Of a stretch of 64,000 bases of DNA, positions 47,995-58,741 are shown piece by piece. Source of the stretch: Candidatus Caldarchaeales archaeon (GTDB lineage Archaea > Thermoproteota > Nitrososphaeria_A > Caldarchaeales > Calditenuaceae); contig JBCNVM010000007.1 of NCBI GenBank assembly GCA_039630085.1, forward strand, positions 16,901-80,900, in the 5' to 3' direction. The notes under the pieces were generated by a model. The model was not told where the DNA came from and did no database searches. It worked only from the letters and a program-made list of their open reading frames with translations. How positions within the stretch are numbered: the stretch's first letter is position 1; each line of letters begins with the position of its first letter. Both the position numbers and the translations under genes were made by a program.

Positions 47995-49353
47995 TTGCCC
48001 GTCTCCGAGGCCGTGACCTGCGACGACTACGAGGAGTCCGTGGGGATGGAGGCCTACTCGACGCCGTCGCCCGGCCTGGGAGGCGTGATAAAGCGGGTCC
48101 CCGAGGACTTCGAGGTCTGGGAGGTGATCGAGGGGGGCCTGGACGCGAGGGAGCTGTTCGAGGGGGGACCCGCAGTCCTCTTGCCGCCGCGGAGGCTCGC
48201 GCTGCTGGCGGTGAGGAAGAGGGACAGGGAGACGCTGAGGGTCGCGATGGACCTGAGGGCGGCGCTCGGGGTGAGGCTGAGGTCCGTGAAGGCCTATGGC
48301 CTCAAGGACAGGAGGGCGGTCGCGTGGCAGTTCCTCGTAGTCCCGGCCTCTAGGGTCCTCGACCATCTCTACGGCGAGATCAGTCTCCGAGACGCGACCG
48401 CGAAGGTGGTCGGCGAGGCTTACGGCCTAGGCGCGAAGCACCTCATCTCCAACAGGTTCAGGGTGATCGTCAGGGAGGTGAGGACGACGGCCGGCCTCGA
48501 GGAGGTCGGGGAAAAGGTCGCGGAGCTCGGCGTCCCGAACTACTACGGCCACCAGAGGTTCGGGATGATGAGGCCGGTCACGCACCTGATAGGCTACCGC
48601 GTCCTGAGGGGCGAGCTGGAGGAGGCCGCGAGGCTCTTCGTCGGCTACTGGACGCGCTACGAGCCCGAGCCCTACAGGGAGCTGAGGAGGGCGTTCCTCG
48701 AGTCGGGGTCCTGGAGCTGGGCTGCGGAGAACCTCCCGAGGTCGCTGGTCTACGAGAGGGCCCTCGCGAGGCACCTGGCGTCGAACCCCGGCGACTACGT
48801 CGGGGCCTTCAGGAGGCTCCCGCTGAGGATCAGGAGGTTCCTCGTCGAGGCATACACCTCGTACGTCTTCAACAGGGCCCTCTCCGCCACGCTCAGGGAC
48901 GGGCTCGGGCTCGACGAGGTGCTGGTCGGAGACCTGGCCGTGAGGCTCGACAGGTTCGGGAACCCCGAGGGCGGAGTCCACGAGGTGACCGCCTGGAACG
49001 TCGGCGAGGTGGACCGAAGGGTCCGGGAGGGCTCGATGGCGGTCGTCATGCCCCATCCGGGGAGCAGGGTCAGGTTCCCGAGGAACGAGCGGGGCAGGGC
49101 GATATCCTACGTGCTGGAGGAGGACGGGATGAGGCAGGCCTCCTTCAGGCCCCACCAGATGCCTGAGGCTAGCACGATGGGCGGTTACAGGCCCATCAGG
49201 CTGGTCCCGAGGGACTTGGAGCTGAGACCGATCGACGGCTCGTCGGTCGAGGCGCGGATGTCGCTCCCGAGGGGGTCCTTCGCGACGGCCGTCCTGAGGG
49301 AGCTGATGAAGCAGAGGTGCGTGCTGGCCTACAACGGGAAGCTCGTCCACTAG
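47995..49353 (+). CDS. truD: tRNA pseudouridine(13) synthase TruD
   Basis: PEDFEVWE, GLKDRRAVAWQ, NRFRV, PNYYGHQRFG, SYVFN, LPRGSFATAVLRE. Confidence 0.93.
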   Translation: MPVSEAVTCDDYEESVGMEAYSTPSPGLGGVIKRVPEDFEVWEVIEGGLDARELFEGGPAVLLPPRRLALLAVRKRDRETLRVAMDLRAALGVRLRSVKAYGLKDRRAVAWQFLVVPASRVLDHLYGEISLRDATAKVVGEAYGLGAKHLISNRFRVIVREVRTTAGLEEVGEKVAELGVPNYYGHQRFGMMRPVTHLIGYRVLRGELEEAARLFVGYWTRYEPEPYRELRRAFLESGSWSWAAENLPRSLVYERALARHLASNPGDYVGAFRRLPLRIRRFLVEAYTSYVFNRALSATLRDGLGLDEVLVGDLAVRLDRFGNPEGGVHEVTAWNVGEVDRRVREGSMAVVMPHPGSRVRFPRNERGRAISYVLEEDGMRQASFRPHQMPEASTMGGYRPIRLVPRDLELRPIDGSSVEARMSLPRGSFATAVLRELMKQRCVLAYNGKLVH

Positions 49354-49370
49354 CCCTTGCGTCTGTTCGT

Positions 49371-50750
49371 CTAGCGAGTCCTCTTGTAATAGAAGGCCTT
49401 GTAGTGCGTCCCGAAGATGTCCTCTGGGCTCCTCCCGACGGTCTCGGGCTCGATGTAGGACTCGACGATCCTGATCGGGTCTATCTCCTCGGCCTCCGGG
49501 CCGTGCCACTTCCTCTCCAGCAGGTACCTCATCCCCCACCTGACCTCAGCGACGTCGATCTCCTGGATGACCGGCTCGAAGAAGCTGAGCGCGATGGACT
49601 TCACGGCCTCCTCCCTCGAGAGGCCCCTGCTCATCAGGTAGAAGAGCTGCTCCGGGTCGATCTGCGCGACGCTCGCCGAGTGGGTGGCCTTCACGTTGTC
49701 CGTCTCGATCTCGAGGCCCGGTATCGCGTCGGCCCTAGCGTCGGGGCTCAGGAGCATCGCGTGCTCCGCCAGGTAGGCGCCCGAGTTCTTCGCCGGCCTC
49801 TCTATCCTGATGATGCCCTTGAAGAGGACCCTCGACCTGTCCGCGCCTATGCCCTTCGCGTTGACCCTCCCCGTCGTGTCGGGGCCCTCGTGCCTGAGGT
49901 TGAGGGTGACGTCGAACTTCTGAGTACCTCCCGCGAGGACAACTTTGAGCGCGTCGGCCCTCGAGCCCTGCCCGGCCAGGATGTTGTCGATCCTGTACTT
50001 GAGGGCCCTGCCGCCCAGCAGCGCGCCGACCCACTTGCTGTTCGCGTCCCTCCCGAGGACGACCCTGTTGAAGCTCATCCTGACCGACCTCTCCGAGGAG
50101 CTGTCGAGGACCGCGTACCTGACCCTCGAACCGTTCCCGGCTACCGCGTGGACGACGTTCGATGTGAGGCTCGCCCCTCCGTCGAGCGCGTGGTACTCTT
50201 CGGTGACGCTGACTCCCGAGCCGTCGCCCACGACGACCAGCGTGAACGCGGACGTGAGCTGGCCCTCGGCCTCGCTGGCCCATATGGACCTGACCCTGAC
50301 CTCTTCCTCGATCCCCGAGGGCACCTTGACGAAGACGCCCGCGTTGAGCTTCGCGAGCGCGTACCCTACGAGGCTCGACTCCTCAGGCCGCGTGGGACCT
50401 TCCGAGAGCCATCTCCGGACCTCCTCCTCGGAGCGGGAGAGGGCTTCCCGGAGCGGCAGCGCGACCACCCCGAGCCTCCTGTAGGCCTCCGGAACCCTGA
50501 CGAGGACCGGCGTCGCGTCGACGTGGAGCACGACGACCTCCTCCGACTCCTCGAGGGCCCTGAACCTCTCCGGCACGACCGTCCTCCCCGACGGCTCCTC
50601 GATCCACTCGGCGGAGGCGATCTCCTGCGAGAACGGGACGTGGTGCTTGACGTAGAGCGGGCTCGTCTCCTCCGGGAGGCTCTTGTAGGCCTCCTCGCCC
50701 CTCGACCTCAGCTCCCTCAGCCAGCTGGGCTCCTTCGAGAGCTTCGCCAT
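49371..50750 (-). CDS. sufD: SufD/SufBD-family Fe-S assembly protein
   Basis: ADAIPGLEIETDNVKATHSASV, QLFYLMSRGL. Confidence 0.88.
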   Translation of the reverse strand: MAKLSKEPSWLRELRSRGEEAYKSLPEETSPLYVKHHVPFSQEIASAEWIEEPSGRTVVPERFRALEESEEVVVLHVDATPVLVRVPEAYRRLGVVALPLREALSRSEEEVRRWLSEGPTRPEESSLVGYALAKLNAGVFVKVPSGIEEEVRVRSIWASEAEGQLTSAFTLVVVGDGSGVSVTEEYHALDGGASLTSNVVHAVAGNGSRVRYAVLDSSSERSVRMSFNRVVLGRDANSKWVGALLGGRALKYRIDNILAGQGSRADALKVVLAGGTQKFDVTLNLRHEGPDTTGRVNAKGIGADRSRVLFKGIIRIERPAKNSGAYLAEHAMLLSPDARADAIPGLEIETDNVKATHSASVAQIDPEQLFYLMSRGLSREEAVKSIALSFFEPVIQEIDVAEVRWGMRYLLERKWHGPEAEEIDPIRIVESYIEPETVGRSPEDIFGTHYKAFYYKRTR

Positions 50751-50847
50751 CCCGGGCCAGCGGGCTCGGCCCTCGATTTAACGGTCCCTCGAGCCGACGT
50801 TTTCGAACGCTACGGAGGACGGTCTCGCGCGGAACGCCCGGCGTACT

Positions 50848-51521
50848 TCAGGCCGCGGAGGCTCCACGGCCGAGGACTTCAGAGACCGTGTAGACCTCGA
50901 TCCCGAAGTAACGCGCGAGCTCAAGGCCCTCTCGTCGACGAAGGGCGAGACTATCACCAGCTTCAGCCTCACGCCGGTCTCCCTCTCGTAGAGCTCCGCG
51001 ATCCTCTTCAGCTCGATCACGTCCCCCCTGCTGACGCTGGACTTCACCTCGACGAGTAGGTGCTCCCTGTCCCTCACCAGCACGTCCGCCTCGACCGCCG
51101 CAGGACGCCCGTAGACGGAGCCCTCCCTGTCGAAGAGGCCCCACTTCGTCACCTCGCCCCCGAAGTACCTCTCGACGATCTCCTTCAGCCCCTCCCTGAA
51201 CGCGGACTCGGCCATTATCCCCCACCTAGCACCGAGCGCGGAGACCTGCTTCTCCACAGCTGCGAACCCTCTGTTCATGTCTTCCCTGAGCTTATTCAGG
51301 TCCTCCCGCAGTTTGATCAACTCCTCATCGTGTCTGGCAAACCCTCTGTTCATGTCCTCCCTGAGCTTATTCATGTCCTCCCGCAGTTTGACCAGCTCCT
51401 CCTCGTGTCTGTCGAGCCTCCTCAGTATCTCCTCGAGCCCCAGCAGCCCGGCCACCGCGTACCTGAACTCCTCGTCCTCCCTCAGCAGCCTCAGCAGCTC
51501 CCGCTTGATCTCGGCGGCCAT
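50848..51521 (-). CDS. Coiled-coil PD-(D/E)XK nuclease-like protein (DUF3782-like), with an apparent frameshift near the C-terminus
   Basis: LLREDEEFRYAVAG, heptad repeats, LGARWG, EADVLV, LVEVKS; the expected tail ELARYFGIEVY lies in another frame after ~50924. Confidence 0.75.
51261..51410 (-). repeat. Intragenic tandem repeat, 2 x 75 nt with nested 21-nt units
   Basis: Encodes RHEEELVKLREDMNKLREDMNRGFA / RHDEELIKLREDLNKLREDMNRGFA. Confidence 0.9.
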
Positions 51522-51605
51522 TCCCCCTTCGGCACACGGTCCTCTAGGTATTAAAGCGCGCAGCGAGCTCCGGACGCGGACTTCGGGCCCCTCCCGGTCG
51601 AAGCA

Positions 51606-52025
51606 TCACGCGGATGCAGGCGGGTTCAGGACCCTGAGACCCCTCGCCTCGGCGGCCTCGAGGATCTCCATCGCCTTCCTCCTGCCCACCCCTCCCGCTA
51701 TCCTCACCGCATGCACCTTCGGGTCAAGGCCTTCGAGCTCTCCGACGTTGTGGACTAGTACCTCGACGAACCCTGACGGGTGAAGGCCCCTGTACCTCCT
51801 CGGCGACCTGTAGCCCACCTTCACCAGAGGCGGCCAACCCCTGACCTGGAGCCTCATCTTGCTGTCCTTCCCCCTCGGCCTCCTCCAGCCGGTCTCGAGC
51901 CTCCCGTACCTCCAGGACTCCTGCCTCGGGAACTCGGGCCTCTCCTTCCTCGCCCTCAGCGCCCTCTTCGGGACCTTCGTCGCGGCCTTCGGCCTCGCCC
52001 GCCGCTGCTCCTCCGACATCGACAT
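51606..52025 (-). CDS. rpl32e: 50S ribosomal protein L32e
   Basis: WRRPRGKDSKMR, GYRSP, RGLHPSGF, VLN. Confidence 0.96.
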   Translation of the reverse strand: MSMSEEQRRARPKAATKVPKRALRARKERPEFPRQESWRYGRLETGWRRPRGKDSKMRLQVRGWPPLVKVGYRSPRRYRGLHPSGFVEVLVHNVGELEGLDPKVHAVRIAGGVGRRKAMEILEAAEARGLRVLNPPASA

Positions 52026-52136
52026 CCCCGCTTCGCCGGACGCCTATTATACCGTTACCCGGACAGGACGCGGAGCTCAGTCAGCTCTCCGCAAACCTCT
52101 TTTAGTCCCCGGAGCCGCTAGTCGCGGTGGGCCCTT

Positions 52137-52329
52137 GTCATCGAGGATCCAGTCGCTGATTGTCAGACTGATCGCAAAGGCGGCGGGCGCCGGCGCGGCG
52201 TACTTGGGTCTGAGCCTGCTCTCGGGCCTCCTCTCGCTGACCTACGCGCCGGATCCGGTCATCCAGGCCCTCGCCGGGTTCGTCGGCGCCGCGCTGGTCG
52301 TCGCGGGAGTCCTGGCCATCCTGAGCTAG
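52137..52329 (+). CDS. Small two-TM membrane protein
   Basis: Hydrophobic C-terminal part of track ORF 51859..52329; start approximate. Confidence 0.45.
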
Positions 52330-52339
52330 GGTAGGGAGA

Positions 52340-53587
52340 GTGAAGCGGGTCACCGTAGTCTGCATCGAGTGCTCCGAGGACCACGGGCTCGACCTGAGGA
52401 GCTACAGGTGCAGGAGGTGCGGAGGGCCGCTCGAGGTCCGCGTCGAGGCCGAGAGGGCCTTCTCCCTCAGCTCCCTCTCCGGGAGGGTCCAGAGCGTCTG
52501 GAGGTACGCCGAGCTCCTCCCCGACCTCGGGAGCCCCGTCACCCTCGGCGAGGGGATGACTAGGCTGGTCAGGTGCGACAGGCTCGCGAAGGCGGTGGGC
52601 GTCAGGGAGCTCTACGTCAAGCTCGAGGGCACCAACCCGACCGGGAGCTTCAAGGACAGGGGCATCAGCGTCGGCGTCACGGTCGCGCTCAGGGCCGGCG
52701 CGAGCCGGGTCGTCTGCGCGTCCACCGGCAACACCGCGGCCTCGCTCGCGGCCTACGCGGCGAGGGCCGGACTCGAGTGCGCCGTGCTGGTCCCGAAGGG
52801 CAAAATCGCGTCGGGGAAGCTCTTCCAGGCCAGGCTCTTCGGTGCGGTGGTCTGCGAGGTCTCCGGGACCTTCGACGACGCCCTCAGGACCGCCCTCGGC
52901 GAGGCCGAGTCGATCGGCGCCTACGTCCTCAACTCGGTCAACCCCTGGAGGCTTGAGGGCCAGAAGACCGCGGCCTTCGAGCTCTGGGAGCAGAGGTCCG
53001 GCGACACCTCCTTCGATGTCGTCGTCCCGGTCGGGAACGCGGGGAATATCTCCGCGATCTGGAAGGGCTTCGAGGAGCTACACGTCCACGGTCTCGTCAG
53101 GGAGCTCCCGAGGATGATCGGCGTTCAGTCCTCCGGCGCGGCGCCGCTAGCGAGGATGATGAGGCTCGGCCTCGAGGAGCCCGCCTGGGTCGACGACCCT
53201 CAGACGGTCGCCTCCGCGATCAGGATAGGCAGGCCCGTCAACTGGAAGAGGGCGGTGAGGGCCGTGAGGCGGTCCGGCGGGTCGATCTACGAGGTCGACG
53301 ACTCCGAGATACTCGAGGCGATGAGGCTGATGGCAACCACAGAGGGCATCGCGACCGAGCCCGCCGGCGCCGCCCCCGTCGCGCTCCTGAAGTCCAAGGT
53401 CGAGTCCGGAGAGCTCCCCCGTGACGTCGCCTACGTCTGCATCGCCACCGGTCACCACCTCAAGGACCCGAACCCCTCGCTCGTCGCCTGGAACGAGCCC
53501 GTCCCGGTCGAGGAGTACCTCGCGAGGGCCCGCGTCCACCAGGCCCGGCTTCAGGGAATAGGTTCATCTCGGACCAAGGAGCTCTGA
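52340..53587 (+). CDS. thrC: Threonine synthase (PLP, fold type II)
   Basis: NPTGSFKDRG, CASTGNT, NSVNPWRLEGQKT, PVGNAGN, SAIRIG, TGHHLKD. Confidence 0.9.
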   Translation: MKRVTVVCIECSEDHGLDLRSYRCRRCGGPLEVRVEAERAFSLSSLSGRVQSVWRYAELLPDLGSPVTLGEGMTRLVRCDRLAKAVGVRELYVKLEGTNPTGSFKDRGISVGVTVALRAGASRVVCASTGNTAASLAAYAARAGLECAVLVPKGKIASGKLFQARLFGAVVCEVSGTFDDALRTALGEAESIGAYVLNSVNPWRLEGQKTAAFELWEQRSGDTSFDVVVPVGNAGNISAIWKGFEELHVHGLVRELPRMIGVQSSGAAPLARMMRLGLEEPAWVDDPQTVASAIRIGRPVNWKRAVRAVRRSGGSIYEVDDSEILEAMRLMATTEGIATEPAGAAPVALLKSKVESGELPRDVAYVCIATGHHLKDPNPSLVAWNEPVPVEEYLARARVHQARLQGIGSSRTKEL

Positions 53588-53593
53588 CCGTCG

Positions 53594-53917
53594 ATGGCCG
53601 AGGAGGAGATCACGCTGGAGAGGGTGATAGAGGCCCTGAAGATGTGCTACGACCCCGAGATACCGGTCAACATCGTCGACCTGGGCCTGATCTACGACAT
53701 CCAGATCAACAGGGAGGAGAGGTCGGTCTACGTCAAGATGACCCTCACCGCGCCCGGCTGCCCCGTGGGCTTTCTGGTGGTCGAGCAGGTGAAGGGCGCG
53801 ATAATGTCGATGATACCCTCGGTGAAGAAGGTGGATGTCGAGCTCACCTTCAGCCCGCCCTGGACGCCCGACAGGATGTCCGAAGAGGCCAGGGAGCTCC
53901 TAGGCCTGAGCTTCTGA
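53594..53917 (+). CDS. DUF59/SufT (MIP18-family) Fe-S assembly protein
   Basis: DPEIPVNIVDLGLIY, MTLTAPGCP, PPWTPDRMS. Confidence 0.92.
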   Translation: MAEEEITLERVIEALKMCYDPEIPVNIVDLGLIYDIQINREERSVYVKMTLTAPGCPVGFLVVEQVKGAIMSMIPSVKKVDVELTFSPPWTPDRMSEEARELLGLSF

Positions 53918-53932
53918 GCCCCGGTCTCCGTC

Positions 53933-55030
53933 TCAGTTCTGCTTCTCGCCGAAGAGCGATTCCAGCAGCCCATCGAACCTCCTGACGCGCTCCTCCACTA
54001 GGACCTCGGGCAGCCCGGAGAACCTCACCGCCTCCCTCAGGTCGTAGACAAGCTGCTCCGACTCGGGACCGAGGGACACGTCGTCGACGCTCACCACCGC
54101 CCTGTCCTCCAGCGACGGGACCACCCGGTAGAGGGCCATCGAGCATATCGCTAGGAACCTCAGCGTCTCCTTCCCGACGCCCCGCGTCATGAGGAGCTGC
54201 TCGAAGGACTCCGGGGGCGAGGACTTGAGCTGGGATATCACGCTCCACCTGACCTTCACCGGCTGCGTGAGCGGGTTGTCGCTGTCGTGCAGGCCCTCCA
54301 CGAACTCCGCGAGGGACCTCTGCGCGGCCGGCCTGTAGGAGTTCTGGACCCTCCTGAGGACCGCCTCCCTCTCCTCCAGCACGTTCAGCGAGTGCTCCCT
54401 GAGCTCCACGTTCTTGGAGCTCGTGAAGTCTAGGCTGTACCTGCTCCTCGAGTCGGCCAGTATCATCGCATGGGGCTCGTCGACCATCGACCTCTCCCTC
54501 ACCCTGCCGGAGTACCACTGGTAAAGCCTCCCCAGCACGCTCTTGTGTCCGACCTGGATCACCGACCACTCGCCCGACGTGGAAAAGACCATCACGTGGA
54601 GGTAGAGGTCGTATCCGTCCTGGACCGCAACGCCGTCCACCTTCGCGGTCATCCTGCTCGCGAGCTTGAGCGCCTCCACCTCCCTCCTCGCCAGCCCCAT
54701 GTACGTCGAGAGATCCTCCAGCTCCTCCGGCACCCTGAACCTCTCGTTCACCGAACCCCCTACGACCCCGACCTGCCACTCCGGGTTCAGCACGTCCTTC
54801 AGGAGCCTGAAGAGCAGCTCGACCGAGCCTGTGCTGAGCCTCTCCTCGTCCATCAGGAGCGAGACGGCCCTCAGCCCCGCGGGGTCCCCGAGGAGTTCGA
54901 CGAACCTCTCAGGCCCGAAGTACCCTATGAACGAATCCGAGACCCTCCTCAGCTCGACCCTGAGCCGCTCGTAGACGCTCCTCGAGACCCTTCGGCGGTG
55001 GGTGTCGATCTCCGCCGAGGACCACCGCAT
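53933..55030 (-). CDS. DUF763-family protein (divergent)
   Basis: ASRMTAKVD, VQDGYDLYLH, GEWSVIQ, DEPH, FEQLL..GVG..TLR. Confidence 0.7.
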   Translation of the reverse strand: MRWSSAEIDTHRRRVSRSVYERLRVELRRVSDSFIGYFGPERFVELLGDPAGLRAVSLLMDEERLSTGSVELLFRLLKDVLNPEWQVGVVGGSVNERFRVPEELEDLSTYMGLARREVEALKLASRMTAKVDGVAVQDGYDLYLHVMVFSTSGEWSVIQVGHKSVLGRLYQWYSGRVRERSMVDEPHAMILADSRSRYSLDFTSSKNVELREHSLNVLEEREAVLRRVQNSYRPAAQRSLAEFVEGLHDSDNPLTQPVKVRWSVISQLKSSPPESFEQLLMTRGVGKETLRFLAICSMALYRVVPSLEDRAVVSVDDVSLGPESEQLVYDLREAVRFSGLPEVLVEERVRRFDGLLESLFGEKQN

Positions 55031-55133
55031 GCTGCCTTTAGTTCTCTTCCAAATTATAAAATTTCACTGAGAGCACGCGTACGGTAATACTGGGGGATTC
55101 CTACGTGACGCGTAGCTCGGACGATTTGCGGAC

Positions 55134-55373
55134 TCACCCGGAACGCAGCAGCTCCTGTAGCGGTACGTCCTCGTAGGTACCGTCGGGGTAACGCCTGCGT
55201 ATCACGATCGGCAGGACGCCTGCCTTGAACTCCCTCATCGCGAGCGTGAAGCTAGTGTCTTCGGGGTTCGGCCTTACGAGCGGGAACGCCCCCACGGAGA
55301 GCTGGAGGGCCCTCCCGCCGATGATGCGCGTCTCTTCGTACTTGGTCAGCTTGCGGCGCAGTGCTATGACCAT
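55134..55373 (-). CDS. rpo6: RNA polymerase subunit Rpo6 (K)
   Basis: LTKYEETRIIGGRALQLSVGA, LPIVIRR. Confidence 0.93.
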   Translation of the reverse strand: MVIALRRKLTKYEETRIIGGRALQLSVGAFPLVRPNPEDTSFTLAMREFKAGVLPIVIRRRYPDGTYEDVPLQELLRSG

Positions 55374-55380
55374 GATCGGT

Positions 55381-57039
55381 TCAGTCGAACTCCGTTCCCG
55401 ACTTCTCCTCCTCTTCCTCCTCCTTCTTGCCCTTCTTCGCCTCCTTCTCGGAGAGCTTTGAGGCCGCGATGATGTCGTCGATCTTCAGGACCAGCGAGGC
55501 CGCCTCGACCGCCGACTTGACCACCTGCTTCTTCACCGCCACCGGGTCGATGACGTTGACCGAGAGCATGTCGTGAAGCCTGGAGTTCATTACGTCCACG
55601 CCGTGATAGACCTCGCCCTCCTTGTGCTTGCTCCTGAGCGTCACGATGCTCTCGACAGGGTCGAGGCCGGCGTTCTCGGCCAGCTGCATCGGCACGACCT
55701 CGAGGGCCTCGGCGAACTTCTCGACCGCGAGCTGCTCCTTCCCGGGCAGCGTCTTCGCGAAGTCCCTCAGCCTCAGGGCCAGCTCCGTCTCGATCGCGCC
55801 CCCTCCGGGGACGATCTTCGGCTCCACCAGGATGTCCTTGACGACGTTGAGCGCGTCCTTGAGCGACCTCTCGGCCTCGTCGACTATCCTCTGCGTCCCT
55901 CCCCTGACCAGGACCGTGAGGGCCCTGGGGTTCTCGCAGCCCTCGACGAAGACCATCTTGTCCTCGCCGACCCTCCTCTCCTCGACCAGCGCGGCCTTCC
56001 CGAGGTCGTCGGGCGTGAGGTCGTCGACCCTCGAGATCACCCTGCCCCCGGTGGCCTTCGCGAGCTTCTCCATGTCGCTCTTCTTGATCCTCCTCACTGC
56101 CAGTATCCCCTTCCTCGCGAGGAAGTGCTGGGCAAGGTCGTCGATCCCCTTCTGGCAGAGGACGACGTTGGCGCCGGTCGCCGCGATCTTGTCCACCATC
56201 TCCTTCAGCATCCTCTCCTCCTGCTCCATGAAGGCCCTCATCTGCTCGGGGGTCTCGATGTGGAGCTTCGCGTCGAACTCCGTCTTCTCGATCTCCAGAG
56301 GCGCGTCGAGGAGCGCAATCCTGGCGTTCCTGACCAGCCTCGGCATGTCGGGGTGGACCACCTCCTTGTCGAGGACTATGCCCTGGACCAGCAGCGTGTC
56401 GCCGATCGACATCCCCTCCTTCTTCTCGACCTTGACGTCGTCGAGGTCGACCCTCCACCTGCCGTTCTCCCACTGAGCGACCCTGAGGACGGCGTCGACC
56501 GCTATCTTGGCGAGGTGGTCCGCGTACTCGCTGACAAGCTTGCTGGCTAGGGAGGTCTTCGCTATCTTCGCGAGGTACTCCCTGTCCTTGACGTCGACCG
56601 GCCTCCCTATCTCGTCGAGGATCCTGAGGGCCTCGGTCGCGGCCTTCTTGTAGCCCTCGATGATCAGGGAGGGGTGGATCTCCTTCTCGATCAGCTCCTC
56701 GGCCCTGGAGAGCAGCTCGCCGGCGATCACGACAGCCGTCGTGGTTCCGTCCCCGACCTCCTCGTCCTGGGCCTTGGCCACCTCCACCAGCATCTTCGCA
56801 ACAGGGTGCTCCACGTCCATCTCCTTCAGGATCGTCGCGCCGTCGTTGGTGATCACGACGTCCCCGAAGCTGTCGACCAGCATCTTGTCCATCCCTCTCG
56901 GCCCCAGAGCCGTCCTCATCGCCTCCGCGATCGCCTTCGCGACCATGATGTTCGCCGCTTGCGCCTCTCTTCCCCTAGTCCGCTGCGTGCCCTCCTTCAG
57001 GATGATAACTGGTACCGTTCCTCCTGGAGCTGCCGCCAT
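55381..57039 (-). CDS. ths: Thermosome (group II chaperonin) subunit
   Basis: [37 protein letters not shown]. Confidence 0.97.
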   Translation of the reverse strand: MAAAPGGTVPVIILKEGTQRTRGREAQAANIMVAKAIAEAMRTALGPRGMDKMLVDSFGDVVITNDGATILKEMDVEHPVAKMLVEVAKAQDEEVGDGTTTAVVIAGELLSRAEELIEKEIHPSLIIEGYKKAATEALRILDEIGRPVDVKDREYLAKIAKTSLASKLVSEYADHLAKIAVDAVLRVAQWENGRWRVDLDDVKVEKKEGMSIGDTLLVQGIVLDKEVVHPDMPRLVRNARIALLDAPLEIEKTEFDAKLHIETPEQMRAFMEQEERMLKEMVDKIAATGANVVLCQKGIDDLAQHFLARKGILAVRRIKKSDMEKLAKATGGRVISRVDDLTPDDLGKAALVEERRVGEDKMVFVEGCENPRALTVLVRGGTQRIVDEAERSLKDALNVVKDILVEPKIVPGGGAIETELALRLRDFAKTLPGKEQLAVEKFAEALEVVPMQLAENAGLDPVESIVTLRSKHKEGEVYHGVDVMNSRLHDMLSVNVIDPVAVKKQVVKSAVEAASLVLKIDDIIAASKLSEKEAKKGKKEEEEEEKSGTEFD

Positions 57040-57102
57040 TCCAAAACCACCTGCCCAGAGACCCGAGCGGCTCTTATTTAAACCTCGGACAAACGGTGGG
57101 AA

Positions 57103-57972
57103 TCAGGTCCGATCGGAAGGTGAGAGGAGCTCCCTCGCGAGGTCGAAGAGGAGCGCCTCTGCCGTCAGGAACCCCGATCCCTCGACCCTCACGGCGCAGA
57201 CGCCCGACTCGAGCGAGGCCCTGAGCGCCTCGTAGAGCGACGCTCCCCTGTGGACCGCGGGAGGCCTGACCAGCGCGGACCTGCTCCTCGCGATGGGCTC
57301 CTCGAGGAATGAGAAGGGGTCCTCGATGAATCCGGCGAACGCATCGGGCGAGGCGAGAGGCCTCAGGAGGCTCGCCGGCGTGACGACGAGCTCGCCGGAC
57401 CCTATCCCAAAGAGCGTCTCCTCCGACCTAGCGATCCGCCGGAGGACTTCGCCGATGGAGCAGTCGGGGTCGAGCGTCCTGACGTCGCGTGCCAGCGCCT
57501 CAGCGCGGATCCCGGAGAGGACGTCGCGGACACGGGGATAGTTGACCAGCGCCCTGTGAAGGCTTCCGGGCGTCAGTTGGCCGACCGTCCTGTTGCCGTC
57601 GCAGACGGCCGCGATGACGGACCTCGACTCCAGCAGCACGCGGAGCGCCCCGCCCAGCGCCTCGCCGACCTCGAGCACGGGCACCGGCCTAGCGACATCC
57701 GCGGCCCTGACCCTTACGAAGGCCCTCTTGAGCGCCTGGAGGCCCGCGTCCATCGCCCTGATCAGCTCGATCGGGGTTATGCCTCCTATGACCTTCGACG
57801 AACCGTCGAGGACCAGAACGCCCTCCATTCCGAGCGCCGCCATCCAGACTAGTGAGCCGACTATCGGCTGGTCGTCCCTTACGAAGTTAACGGGGTGGAC
57901 CGCGTCGAAGGGCATCAGGTCCCCCAGGGTCGCCGAGAGCGCGGGCCTCGCCTCGCGAGCGTCTTGTACCAA
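57103..57972 (-). CDS. CBS-domain protein (degenerate)
   Basis: VLVLD...[22 protein letters not shown] repeated patterns. Confidence 0.6.
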   Translation of the reverse strand: MVQDAREARPALSATLGDLMPFDAVHPVNFVRDDQPIVGSLVWMAALGMEGVLVLDGSSKVIGGITPIELIRAMDAGLQALKRAFVRVRAADVARPVPVLEVGEALGGALRVLLESRSVIAAVCDGNRTVGQLTPGSLHRALVNYPRVRDVLSGIRAEALARDVRTLDPDCSIGEVLRRIARSEETLFGIGSGELVVTPASLLRPLASPDAFAGFIEDPFSFLEEPIARSRSALVRPPAVHRGASLYEALRASLESGVCAVRVEGSGFLTAEALLFDLARELLSPSDRT

Positions 57973-58091
57973 GCTTTTCCCCGCACTTCACCGAAGCCCG
58001 TATTTATTTGGATTGCAATTTCCGAGCCCACGCGCCGGTTTGACCGATCCGGAAAACAAGGTAAATAGACCGACGGTGTCTGCGGTCGAGG

Positions 58092-58373
58092 ATGCCCCGC
58101 GTCAGGGTCGTCGTGACGGCGCCCTTGGCCATACACATGGGAGGCCTCAGGGAGGTGGAGGTCGAGGCGGGGACCGTTAGGGAGGCGGTAGACCGGTTGG
58201 TCGAGAGGTTCGGCCCCGAGCTGAGGAACAGGCTCCTCGACGAGTCCGGCAGGCTCAGGAGGTTCGTCAACCTCTACGTCAACGACGCGTACGTCGACCC
58301 CGACGAGGACAGACGACTCTCGGAGGGAGACGAGGTCCTTATATTGCCGGCGGTGAGCGGAGGAACCGCATGA
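58092..58373 (+). CDS. Ubiquitin-like SAMP/MoaD/ThiS protein with C-terminal GG-TA extension
   Basis: LRRFVNLYVND, ILPAVSGGTA-stop. Confidence 0.88.
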   Translation: MPRVRVVVTAPLAIHMGGLREVEVEAGTVREAVDRLVERFGPELRNRLLDESGRLRRFVNLYVNDAYVDPDEDRRLSEGDEVLILPAVSGGTA

Positions 58374-58741
58374 GGCCCGCGACGGTCCTCGGGATCGTCA
58401 TGGCTGTCGCGCTGCTCCTGAACGTCTTCATCGGCGAGGCGAGGTTCGCCTGGACGCTCCTCCCGGTCCACATCGGATTCGGAGTCGTGGCCTTCGGCGC
58501 GTCCGTCGCCTACACGGTCGTCTCTAGGGGCTTCAGACCAGGTCTGGCCCTCGGCCTCCTCCTGACGGTCCTCACCGGCGTTCAGGGCGCCCTCGGACTC
58601 GCGATGGTCTTCGGGACCCACGGCCAGCTCATCGAGTCCTTCCACAGGTGGAACGGCAACGCCAGCTTCCTGATCGGGCTGGTCGGGGGAATCCTCGTCG
58701 GGAGGCTCTACCGGAGGAAGGCCGCCTCATCCGGCCAGTAA
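58370..58741 (+). CDS. Small four-TM membrane protein
   Basis: Four hydrophobic helices with His residues (VHIGFG, FHRWNG); ATGA overlap with the SAMP gene. Confidence 0.65.
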   Translation: MRPATVLGIVMAVALLLNVFIGEARFAWTLLPVHIGFGVVAFGASVAYTVVSRGFRPGLALGLLLTVLTGVQGALGLAMVFGTHGQLIESFHRWNGNASFLIGLVGGILVGRLYRRKAASSGQ

